Assembly (NCBI GenBank): GCA_963662795.1
Contig: OY759746.1
Coordinates: forward strand, 768,001-832,000
Origin: Spirochaetia bacterium
GTDB taxonomy: Bacteria; Spirochaetota; Spirochaetia; CADAEX01
DNA length: 64,000 nt
Direction: 5' to 3'
This document shows, piece after piece, positions 47,394-56,372 of this stretch. Made by a program: the position numbers and the translations under genes. The notes beneath the pieces are model-generated. The model was given only the letters and a program-made list of their open reading frames with translations. It was not told the DNA's origin and did no database searches. Each line of letters opens with the position of its first letter. Position 1 is the stretch's first letter.

Positions 47394-48167
47394 ATGAAAC
47401 TTTTTGATACTCATGCACACATCGGGCTTATAAATGAAGACCCGATAGAACAACTTATAATTACTCAGGAAGCAAAACATGAAAAAGTTGAGCATATTGT
47501 AAGCATCTGCAACAGTCTTCATGACTTTTTTATTGTTTATGAAAACCTGAAGACAGCCGGCAATATCTTTCATAGTATCGGAGTCTCTCCTTCCGAAGTC
47601 GCTCACCCTGGAAAAGACTGGGAGCAAAAAATCGATCAGGGTGTCGAATTCGACCGTGTTGTCGCAATCGGCGAAATCGGTTTAGATTATTATCGGAAGT
47701 TTGGCGATAAAAAATCACAAATTGAGTTATTTATTAAACAGCTTGAAATGGCTCAGCACTATAATCTTCCTGTTATTATCCATAACCGGGAGGCAGGCAA
47801 TGATGTCCTTGAGATTTTAAGGCAGAAACTTCCTGAAAGAGGCGGTATTCTTCATTGTTTTTCCGAAGACTGGGAATATGCAAAAAAAGCTCTTGATTTA
47901 AACCTCTATATCTCATTCGCGGGCAATGTAACATACAGGAACGCAAGAAACCTGCATGATGCGGCGCGCAATATGCCTCTGGACAGAATGCTGATAGAAT
48001 CCGAAAGCCCGTTTATGGTTCCATCCGAGTACAAGGGAAAAAGGAACAAACCCGCATATCTCCATTCAACAGCGGAATTTATAGCTGAGCTCAGGGAGCT
48101 TGATTTTGAAGAAACAGCTGACATTCTTTACAAAAACAGCCTGGATTTTTTCAATATCGACGAATAA
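47394..48167 (+). CDS. tatD: TatD-family deoxyribonuclease
   Basis: DTHAH, AIGEIGLDY, IH.REA and HCFS motifs. Confidence 0.92.
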   Translation: MKLFDTHAHIGLINEDPIEQLIITQEAKHEKVEHIVSICNSLHDFFIVYENLKTAGNIFHSIGVSPSEVAHPGKDWEQKIDQGVEFDRVVAIGEIGLDYYRKFGDKKSQIELFIKQLEMAQHYNLPVIIHNREAGNDVLEILRQKLPERGGILHCFSEDWEYAKKALDLNLYISFAGNVTYRNARNLHDAARNMPLDRMLIESESPFMVPSEYKGKRNKPAYLHSTAEFIAELRELDFEETADILYKNSLDFFNIDE

Positions 48168-48187
48168 ACAGCTATATTAATAATATC

Positions 48188-49195
48188 ATGACAGCTTTTA
48201 GTTCCCTGCTGCACCCTGTAAGGATAAATTCCCGGATTACTATACCCGGGAACCTTTTTCTTGCTCCGATGGCAGGTTTTACTGATGCGGCATTCCGGCA
48301 TATCTGCATTGCAAACGGCAGCGATTTGTGCTGGACAGAGATGGTTTCATGCGAAGCCCTTTCAAGAGAAAGCCTTAAAACGAAAAAAATCCTCATCAGG
48401 GCAGAGAACGAGAAAATATACGCTGTTCAGATATTCTGCTCATCACCTGAAACTGCCGTCTCCGCCCTTAAACATATTCTCCCCTTCGAACCATTCCTTA
48501 TAGACCTTAACTGCGGCTGTCCTGTCCCCAAGATTATAAAATCAGGGGCGGGTTCCGCACTGATGAAAAGCCCCCAAAGAATCATGGATATTGTAAAGGC
48601 ATTATCGGATTCAACTGATATCCCGATTACGGTAAAACTAAGGTCTGGCTGGGATGCACAGAGCATAAACTATCTGAAGGCGGCAGAATATGCGGTTAAG
48701 GGTGGGGCGCAGATGATTACACTTCATCCCAGGACAAAAACCCAAGGCTACGCAGGAAAAGCCGACTGGGACAAAATCCGGCTGCTCAAGGCAGAAACAG
48801 ATGTCCCTGTCATAGGCTCAGGCGATCTTTTATCCCCTTCAGCCTGCCTTGAAATGCTTAAAAATACCGGCTGTGATGGGGTGATGGCAGCAAGGGGAGC
48901 TGTAGGGCAGCCTGAATTATTTAAAAATACAAAACTAATGGCGGAAACAGGGGATATTGAGGAAACCCGGTTTTCTGAAAAAATAAAAAATGCCAAAGAG
49001 CACCTTGAACTAGAGTTTAAATATATTGATGAGAAAGTTGCGGTAAATGAAATAAAGAAGCACCTTTGCTCATATATAAAAGGAATACCCGGCTCGGCAG
49101 CAATAAGGAACAGGATTGTCCGCTGTGTGTCATTTGATGAATACAAATCAGTACTGGGAGAGATTGAAGAGCAAATTCCCCGGCCCCGGCCCTGA
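48188..49195 (+). CDS. dusB: tRNA-dihydrouridine synthase
   Basis: LAPMAG.TD, DLNCGCP, G.GSAL, TVKLR.G and H.RT..Q.Y.G.ADW motifs. Confidence 0.92.
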   Translation: MTAFSSLLHPVRINSRITIPGNLFLAPMAGFTDAAFRHICIANGSDLCWTEMVSCEALSRESLKTKKILIRAENEKIYAVQIFCSSPETAVSALKHILPFEPFLIDLNCGCPVPKIIKSGAGSALMKSPQRIMDIVKALSDSTDIPITVKLRSGWDAQSINYLKAAEYAVKGGAQMITLHPRTKTQGYAGKADWDKIRLLKAETDVPVIGSGDLLSPSACLEMLKNTGCDGVMAARGAVGQPELFKNTKLMAETGDIEETRFSEKIKNAKEHLELEFKYIDEKVAVNEIKKHLCSYIKGIPGSAAIRNRIVRCVSFDEYKSVLGEIEEQIPRPRP

Positions 49196-49278
49196 TTTTG
49201 CACATCAACAGAAACCGGTAATTCAGCAGGAAAGAGATTCCGGGCCGGGACGTATCTCTTGACTAGATTCCTTAATGA

Positions 49279-50682
49279 ATGGTATCTATCAGTGTGGAAG
49301 ATAATAATTCAAAACCGGGACATTATTGCGGTTTAGCAGGAATATACGCAGAAAGTCCGCTTAATATACCCCAAAATCTGTTTTACTCGCTTTTTTCCCT
49401 CCAGCACAGGGGGCAGGAAAGCGCGGGTGTTTCCTACAGAAAAAACGGTAATATAGTAACATACAGGGATCTCGGCATGGTGCCGGCAGTCCTTTCAAGA
49501 TACCTGCACCTGGAAAGGCTTTCAAATATCGGGATAGGGCATGTAAGGTATTCAACAAAAGGCGGCAACAGGATTGAAAATGTCCAGCCTTTGCATGCCG
49601 TCTGCAACAAGGGCCAGATCGCCATAGCGCATAACGGCACTATTTCCAATGCCCCGGCCTTAAAAAGAACTCTTTTCGACAAAGGCGCAATAATACAGAG
49701 CACATCCGATACAGAACTTATACTTCACATGCTGTCAATGAATGACGAGAAAGATTTCAAAAAAGCGCTGTTTTCAACCCTGCGCCTTCTTGAAGGGGCT
49801 TTCAGTCTTCTCATAATAAGGAATGAATCACTTATCGCAGCAAGAGACCCCAACGGGTTCAGGCCGCTTTATATGGGGAAAAAAGAGGGAATGACAATCT
49901 TTGCCTCTGAAACCTGCGCCCTCGATATCCTTCAGGCAAATGATGTAAGAGAAGTCGAACCCGGCGAGATAATTATTATTGATAAAAAAGGGATGCGCAG
50001 CGAACGTTTCGCAGAACCTGTAAGAATCAGTCAGTGCGTGTTTGAGCTTATATATTTTGCAAGGCCTGACTCTTCAATTTTCGGCAAATCTGTTCACCTG
50101 ATGCGCAAAAAGATGGGTGCGGCCCTTGCGGTAAATGAAAAAATAAAGGGCGACATTGTAATGGCAGTTCCGGACTCAGGCAACAGCGCCGCATTAGGCT
50201 ATGCGGAAAAGTCGGGACTGCCCCTCGAATACGGGCTTTCAAGAAACCATTATGCCGGCCGCTCTTTTATAATGCCGACAAAAGAACAGCGCGAGCTCAT
50301 GGTGAGGATGAAACTCAATCCGGTAAAAGAGGTTGTCAAAGGCAAGAATATTATACTTGTTGATGATTCTCTTGTAAGGGGAACGACAAGCCGCCTGATA
50401 GTAAAAATGCTGCGCGAAGCAGGCGCCAAAGAGATCCATTTAAGGCTTTCTTCTCCTGAAATTAAATGCCCCTGTTATTTCGGAATAGATATTCCGACAA
50501 GGGAGGAGCTTATTTCAAACAGGATGACTTCTAAAGAAATCGCAGATCACATAGGGGCTGACTCGGTTTACTTCCTCCCTGTTGAAAGCCTTATGGGCTG
50601 CCTTGAAAATCCTGATGACTTTTGCTATGCGTGTTTTACAGGCAATTATCCGATTGAGGTCGAAGAGGCCGGGGAGATATAG
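49279..50682 (+). CDS. purF: Amidophosphoribosyltransferase (propeptide / Fe-S type); start uncertain
   Basis: CG after a short propeptide; LQHRGQES, GHVRYST, VDDSLVRGTT and C.ACF.G.YP motifs. Confidence 0.95.
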   Translation: MVSISVEDNNSKPGHYCGLAGIYAESPLNIPQNLFYSLFSLQHRGQESAGVSYRKNGNIVTYRDLGMVPAVLSRYLHLERLSNIGIGHVRYSTKGGNRIENVQPLHAVCNKGQIAIAHNGTISNAPALKRTLFDKGAIIQSTSDTELILHMLSMNDEKDFKKALFSTLRLLEGAFSLLIIRNESLIAARDPNGFRPLYMGKKEGMTIFASETCALDILQANDVREVEPGEIIIIDKKGMRSERFAEPVRISQCVFELIYFARPDSSIFGKSVHLMRKKMGAALAVNEKIKGDIVMAVPDSGNSAALGYAEKSGLPLEYGLSRNHYAGRSFIMPTKEQRELMVRMKLNPVKEVVKGKNIILVDDSLVRGTTSRLIVKMLREAGAKEIHLRLSSPEIKCPCYFGIDIPTREELISNRMTSKEIADHIGADSVYFLPVESLMGCLENPDDFCYACFTGNYPIEVEEAGEI

Positions 50683-51642
50683 ATGGGAATAAAATCTTAC
50701 GCCGAAGCAGGCGTTGATATCGAAAAAGGGGACAGGTTCGCGCAGTTTATCGCTTCACTCAAATCAAAGGCTGTATCGGGCGATATAGGCGGGTTTGCGG
50801 GCGGTGTAGAAATAGATATCGCCAAATATAAAAAACCTGTACTGCTTTCAACAACAGACGGGGTCGGAACAAAACTGATGCTCACCAGGCAGTTCGGGAT
50901 ATATGACACTATAGGAATTGATCTTGTTGCAATGTGTGTAAACGATCTTATTGTTTGCGGGGCAGATCCGCTTAACTTTCTGGATTACATTGCCTGCGGA
51001 AAGCTTAACCCTGAAATTATGGAAGAAATAATAAAAGGTATTGTAAAAGGGTGCGAAGATGCCGAATGTACCCTTGCGGGCGGGGAAACGGCAGAGATGC
51101 CGGATGTGTATGACACCGATGATTATGACCTTGCCGGATTCTGTGTCGGAATAGTGGATAAGGATAAAATGCTGCCCAAAAAAGGGGAAATAAGAAAGGG
51201 AGACAAAATCCTTGCCCTCCCTTCTGCAGGAATTCACTCAAACGGTCTTTCACTTGCCAGAAAAGTTATAGGTGAAAAAGATATTACAGGAAGAAAAGAG
51301 CTTTTAAAGCCTACAAAAATATATGTAAAAGAATTAAAAAAACTCATTTCCTCAGGATTTGTTCTTTCTGCCGCCCATATAACAGGTGGGGGGCTTGAAG
51401 GCAACTTTAAAAGAACAATTCCCGCTGATTTGAATGCCGTATTTGACTACAGTTCATGGGAAACCCCTGATATTTTTCAGAAAATAATGATGGATGGAGA
51501 AATACCTGAAGCAGAAATGAGAAAAGTATTTAATATGGGGATCGGGATCGCAATGGCAGTCCGCAGGGATGATGCCGGAGAACTTGCCTCTTATGCATCC
51601 AGAGAAGGGATTGCTGTTTCCGTAATAGGGGAAATCGCGTAG
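50683..51642 (+). CDS. purM: Phosphoribosylformylglycinamidine cyclo-ligase
   Basis: Y..AGVDI, DGVGTK, GGETAEMP, HSNG.SL and FNMGIG motifs. Confidence 0.96.
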   Translation: MGIKSYAEAGVDIEKGDRFAQFIASLKSKAVSGDIGGFAGGVEIDIAKYKKPVLLSTTDGVGTKLMLTRQFGIYDTIGIDLVAMCVNDLIVCGADPLNFLDYIACGKLNPEIMEEIIKGIVKGCEDAECTLAGGETAEMPDVYDTDDYDLAGFCVGIVDKDKMLPKKGEIRKGDKILALPSAGIHSNGLSLARKVIGEKDITGRKELLKPTKIYVKELKKLISSGFVLSAAHITGGGLEGNFKRTIPADLNAVFDYSSWETPDIFQKIMMDGEIPEAEMRKVFNMGIGIAMAVRRDDAGELASYASREGIAVSVIGEIA

Positions 51643-51643
51643 C

Positions 51644-52207
51644 ATGGCCCGGCTGGCTGTTTTTACTTCAGGAAACGGCTCAAATTTTCAGGCCATTGCA
51701 GAGAGGATCGCACTTAATGGAAAACATACGCTTGTATGTATGATATGCGACAGAAAGAACGCCTTTTCCTTTAGGCGGGCAGAAAGCCTTGGTATAAAAA
51801 GCTATTACATCCCATACTCAGGAAGAACTCGGGAAGAGGCAGAGAATGATATTGTTGCCGTTCTTGAATCTGAAATGATCGATATGGTTTCTCTTGCCGG
51901 ATTCATGAGAATTTTCACCTGCGGGTTTGTAAGTAAATACAGCGGAAGAATTGTGAATATCCACCCTGCACTTCTTCCTAAGTATCCGGGGGCCCATGGC
52001 ATTGCTGAAAGTTTTGCATCAAAAGACAGGGAACTTGGAATAACCATCCATTATGTCGACTGCGGTGTTGACACAGGGGCGGTTATTCTACAAAAATCTT
52101 TTATCAGGGATTTCAGTGAGCCTATTGAAGAAATTGAAAAAAAGATACATAAACTTGAATACAGCTTCTACCCTGAAGTTGTTGAAAAACTTCTTGATGC
52201 TTTTTAG
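51644..52207 (+). CDS. purN: Phosphoribosylglycinamide formyltransferase
   Basis: SGNGSNFQA, LAGFMRI, NIHP.LLP and G.T.HYVD.G.DTG motifs. Confidence 0.96.
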   Translation: MARLAVFTSGNGSNFQAIAERIALNGKHTLVCMICDRKNAFSFRRAESLGIKSYYIPYSGRTREEAENDIVAVLESEMIDMVSLAGFMRIFTCGFVSKYSGRIVNIHPALLPKYPGAHGIAESFASKDRELGITIHYVDCGVDTGAVILQKSFIRDFSEPIEEIEKKIHKLEYSFYPEVVEKLLDAF

Positions 52208-52278
52208 CTTTTGATCTATCCGGTTTTCAACAGAACCTGAGGGGATCAGCAGGGTTTTTCAGCCATAGGAGGTATTAT

Positions 52279-53541
52279 TTGAAGGTGCTCGTACTTGGTT
52301 CCGGCGCAAGGGAACATGCAATTACCTTAAGCTTTTCAAAAAGTAAAAGCATAACCGGCCTGTTTGCCGCTCCAGGCAATGCAGGAACTGATGAGATTGC
52401 GGAAAACCTGTCTGATATTGACCCCTGCGACAGCAAAATGGTTATTGATGCCTGCAGTAAACATGATATAGACTTTGTATTTGTCGGCCCGGAAGCGCCC
52501 CTTTCCCTTGGAATTGTTGATGATCTGAAGAAAGCAGGGATACCAGCCATAGGGCCGCACAAGGCAGCCGCAATGCTTGAATCAAGCAAGGCTTTTTCAA
52601 AGGATTTCATGATCCGGAATAACATACCTACAGCGGAAGCAGTTGAAGTCTCTTCACCCGAAGAATTTAAAAAGATAATTAACAATAAAAACGGAAAAAC
52701 AGTAATCAAAAAAAGCGGGCTTGCGGCAGGAAAAGGAGTCCTTGAGTCGGACGACAGGTCAAAACTGCTTGATTTCGGACTTGAAATTTTAAAAAACGAC
52801 AAGCTCCTGATTGAGGAATATCTTACAGGCTGGGAAGTTACAATTTTCGCCCTTTCAGACGGGAAGGATTATATAATTCTTCCTTCCTGTGCAGATTTCA
52901 AGAAAGCGTTTGACAATGATGAAGGTCCGAATACAGGAGGAATGGGGGCAATTTGCCCGGTTCCATCCCTTACTTCGCAGATGCTTGAAGAAATTAAAAA
53001 AACAATAATAGAACCGACTTTCAAAGGTATTGAAAAGGGAGGGCTTAATTACAAGGGAGTTCTCTATTTTGGGCTGATGATAACAGAACAGGGGCCGAAA
53101 CTGCTTGAGTATAATGTCAGATTCGGAGACCCTGAAACACAGGCCCTCATGCCTCTGATTCTTTCTGATTTCGGCGAATTATGCAGTTCAATCATAAAAG
53201 GCACAATCAAAACATTTCCACTGAAAATATCAACAGATGCGGCAATATGCGTAGTGATAGCAGCAGGCGGTTATCCGGGCGAATATGAAAAAGGGATACC
53301 GGTTGATTATATACCCCATTTTAACGAAAAATATGTAGTGGTTTATCATGCCGCAACAAAATTTGATGATCAAAACAGAGTTATAACATGGGGCGGCCGG
53401 TGTTTTTCGGTCGTGGGACTTGGCTCAGATATTATTACAGCGAATAAAAACGCATATGTAGCGGCAGAAGAAATATATTTTAAAAACAGTTTCTACAGGC
53501 ATGATATCGGGAGAAAATTTTTTGAAAGAGGTAAATCATGA
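52279..53541 (+). CDS. purD: Phosphoribosylamine-glycine ligase
   Basis: G.G.REHA, APGN.G, VGPE.PL, GLAAGKGV, GPNTGGMG and EYN.RFGDPETQ motifs. Confidence 0.96.
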   Translation: MKVLVLGSGAREHAITLSFSKSKSITGLFAAPGNAGTDEIAENLSDIDPCDSKMVIDACSKHDIDFVFVGPEAPLSLGIVDDLKKAGIPAIGPHKAAAMLESSKAFSKDFMIRNNIPTAEAVEVSSPEEFKKIINNKNGKTVIKKSGLAAGKGVLESDDRSKLLDFGLEILKNDKLLIEEYLTGWEVTIFALSDGKDYIILPSCADFKKAFDNDEGPNTGGMGAICPVPSLTSQMLEEIKKTIIEPTFKGIEKGGLNYKGVLYFGLMITEQGPKLLEYNVRFGDPETQALMPLILSDFGELCSSIIKGTIKTFPLKISTDAAICVVIAAGGYPGEYEKGIPVDYIPHFNEKYVVVYHAATKFDDQNRVITWGGRCFSVVGLGSDIITANKNAYVAAEEIYFKNSFYRHDIGRKFFERGKS

Positions 53542-53942
53542 AAGATATACTGTTTATAATCGGGTCTGAATCAGACAGAAAAAATATTGAAAGCGGAATT
53601 GAGCTTATCAGGGAAAAGGGAATGAGCCATGAACTTGTTGTATATTCAGCACACAGGAATCTTCCTGAATTAATGGCATTTCTTGAAAAAGAGGATAAAA
53701 ACTGCAGAATAATAATAACAGCGGCCGGCCTTTCGGCAGCTCTTCCGGGAGTTGTTGCCTCGCTTTCAAAAAAACCTGTAATCGGAATACCTCTTGTTTC
53801 AGGAGAGCTTTCAGGCATCGATGCCCTCCTTTCAATCCTCCAGCTGCCTAAAGGTATACCTGTTGCGACAATGGGAATTGGCAAGCAGGGAGTGCTTAAC
53901 GCTGTACACCTGGCAGAAAGAATTATAAAATCATTCACATGA
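53538..53942 (+). CDS. purE: PurE (AIR carboxylase/N5-CAIR mutase), short form
   Basis: GS.SD, SAHR, AG.SAALPG, PVIG.P and P.G.PVAT motifs. Confidence 0.9.
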   Translation: MKDILFIIGSESDRKNIESGIELIREKGMSHELVVYSAHRNLPELMAFLEKEDKNCRIIITAAGLSAALPGVVASLSKKPVIGIPLVSGELSGIDALLSILQLPKGIPVATMGIGKQGVLNAVHLAERIIKSFT

Positions 53943-53963
53943 CTTTATTTCGACCGCTGTGAG

Positions 53964-56372
53964 TTACCGCAAAAGAAGTTTTGTTCTCTCCTTGAACAAA
54001 AAATTATAAATCAGATCGCTGTAATTGTTCATTTTTTCCATACTCGGCTTTGTTACGGAATAGCGCCAGAAGCCGTATATCTTGGCAAGGCTTACAAGTT
54101 TTTGACTGTAAAGGTCCCATGTGTAACTTTCCAGAACCCTTTTTATTCCATTATCAGACACATTTTTCCACATCTCTTCATCTGTACTCAGTATTTTAAG
54201 CTGCCTATCAATTGTCTGTGAAATCAGATAGGGACTGCTTGTATTGATGAGAAACCCCGAGACTCCGTCCTCAATAATTTCTGACGGCCCTCCAAATTCT
54301 GTACCGAAAACGGGAAGCCCTGATATCATCGCTTCAAGAATGGTTAGTCCGAATGCCTCGAAAAGTGCGGGCTGAACAAATACACCTCTATGGTCTGCCA
54401 TTAACCTGTAAACCTCGCCGGTTTCAAGCCTGTTAAAGGCAGGGAGCCACCTTACTGACTGATAAAGATCATATTTCTCAATGAGCTGATACGCTTTTTC
54501 AATTTCAGCCCTTTCTTCGGCATCGGCAGACTTTTCAGGATGGATGGTTCCGGCTGAAAAGATGAGATTGCAGTTTTTTCTCATGAAACCGCTCATTCCA
54601 AACGCTTCAATAAGTCCTGTTATGTTTTTGATTTTATCAAACCTGGACATTGAAAATACCGGTGTTTTGTCCGGATCAGCAAGTCTGCCGAAGATATCAT
54701 CAGATTCTGAATGAAATATTCTGTCTTCAAGGTTTTTCGTATTCTGTTCAATTCTGTTATCATAATCTTTATACGGATAGTAGATATCCTGATCAACCCC
54801 CGGAGAGACAATGTTAAATTTAGGGGAAAAAAGGTTTATTCCGCTTCTGACCTGAAAAAGCTCAGGCAGACTGAAAAACTGATATGCCTCATACTGCCCC
54901 ATTGAATAGTCGGTTCCCGCGATCTCCTGGAATGTGCTTGTTATAATAAAATCCGACTTGTTCATTGCAAGCATATCTGCCGTGAACTGGAGGGAAAAAT
55001 TATAATTTTTCTCATTGTCCTTCCAGTACATATCTGAAAACAGGTATTTGGTTTTCTCAAGCGCATGCGCTATAGTGCACTGGATTACATCCAGCTTGTC
55101 GGACATAAGGCTTGCGGAAAGATTGCCGTCTGAATAATTACCGATTATCAGATCAGGCAGGCCTGAGAACTCACACTTTATATCTACAATAGCATCATCG
55201 GTAAACCGTTCGATATAGGGCCATACATGAAATCTTGATATCCATTGCCTCACGACATTCATATTGCTGTCCCTGAACGGAACCCTTATTATCCAGCAGT
55301 CATCAGTCTGAAATATTTTTTCCCTTTTCTGGTCGCACGTAGTGCCGTCCGCATCAGGAATCTGCCTTGTTATGACAAGGATTCTGGGCTTTGCGTCTAT
55401 CCCTGAAAGTTCTATTTCATTTCTGATATGCTTCTCAAGCGCCCTTACCTGATCCAGTATGTATATTACCTGCCCACCGGTATCAGGTCTCCCCAGAACA
55501 TTCTCCTGCGCAAACCACCCGTGAGGCGATATAATTGCTATTTTTGAAATAAGGGGCATGGGGATTCTTGTGATAAAATTTTCAAGCAGCTGACCCGTCG
55601 GCTCATTAATAAGTGAAACAAGTATTTTCATTGATTCAAGTATTCTTCCTGCAGTATTGCCCCATCCCGGCTCAAAACCGGCTTTTTTCATTGCCTGCTT
55701 TATTGAGGAATAGGGGGTCTGGGGAGACTTTTTTTTCAAAAACCCGATCATAAGATTTATCTCTTCAAAAAATTCATTAAAATTCTTTATAACATTACCG
55801 TTAACAAGAAGCTGCCGGTCACTGTATTTATGGATTTTAAAAAATTCGAACAGATAGTTGTTCCATTTTTCCGGATTGCTGAAAATGCTGCTTGAAAGAT
55901 ATTTGTTTAGGAAGCTTATACCCTTACCCAGATTTTCAGGATCTTTCAGGGAAGGTCCGTAATCATAGAAAGGGAGAAAATCTATATGCAGATGCTTTTC
56001 ATCCATATATTTTTTTGTCGCAAAAAAATCTTTCTGATCAAGATATTCATCCCTGCTTATCTCCTGAAGGAATTCACCGTCAATCCTCAGTTTATAAAAA
56101 TGGTATTTTGCTATGGATACCCTGTTCATGAGTATCAGGGAATCATATGAGACAAACATCTCCTGAATTTTATTAAGAAAATCGGCAATAGCTGATTTTT
56201 TTCTGAATGTTTCTGTTTTTTTATATTCAGCGCAAAAATTATTGAATTTGACAAGAATATCGTTCCTGAGAAAAAACCTGCTGCTCTCAAAGTGGAAATA
56301 GCTTATGAATTCCTTAAAATCATGCTGTTCTTTCTTCCGTATAATGCGTCCAAGCAGGTTGGTGCTTATCAT
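53964..56372 (-). CDS. susA: Sucrose synthase
   Basis: SPHGWF.Q.NVLG.PDTGGQV.YILDQVRALE, WISRF..WPY, IGNYSDGNL, HALEKTKY and QPALFEAFGLT motifs; 802 aa. Confidence 0.93.
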   Translation of the reverse strand: MISTNLLGRIIRKKEQHDFKEFISYFHFESSRFFLRNDILVKFNNFCAEYKKTETFRKKSAIADFLNKIQEMFVSYDSLILMNRVSIAKYHFYKLRIDGEFLQEISRDEYLDQKDFFATKKYMDEKHLHIDFLPFYDYGPSLKDPENLGKGISFLNKYLSSSIFSNPEKWNNYLFEFFKIHKYSDRQLLVNGNVIKNFNEFFEEINLMIGFLKKKSPQTPYSSIKQAMKKAGFEPGWGNTAGRILESMKILVSLINEPTGQLLENFITRIPMPLISKIAIISPHGWFAQENVLGRPDTGGQVIYILDQVRALEKHIRNEIELSGIDAKPRILVITRQIPDADGTTCDQKREKIFQTDDCWIIRVPFRDSNMNVVRQWISRFHVWPYIERFTDDAIVDIKCEFSGLPDLIIGNYSDGNLSASLMSDKLDVIQCTIAHALEKTKYLFSDMYWKDNEKNYNFSLQFTADMLAMNKSDFIITSTFQEIAGTDYSMGQYEAYQFFSLPELFQVRSGINLFSPKFNIVSPGVDQDIYYPYKDYDNRIEQNTKNLEDRIFHSESDDIFGRLADPDKTPVFSMSRFDKIKNITGLIEAFGMSGFMRKNCNLIFSAGTIHPEKSADAEERAEIEKAYQLIEKYDLYQSVRWLPAFNRLETGEVYRLMADHRGVFVQPALFEAFGLTILEAMISGLPVFGTEFGGPSEIIEDGVSGFLINTSSPYLISQTIDRQLKILSTDEEMWKNVSDNGIKRVLESYTWDLYSQKLVSLAKIYGFWRYSVTKPSMEKMNNYSDLIYNFLFKERTKLLLR

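Noticed and set aside
49180-49278. Purine/ZTP riboswitch or PurR box upstream of purF
   Set aside because: Only a CCCGGCCC/GGGCCGGG inverted repeat overlapping the dusB end; no aptamer consensus recognised
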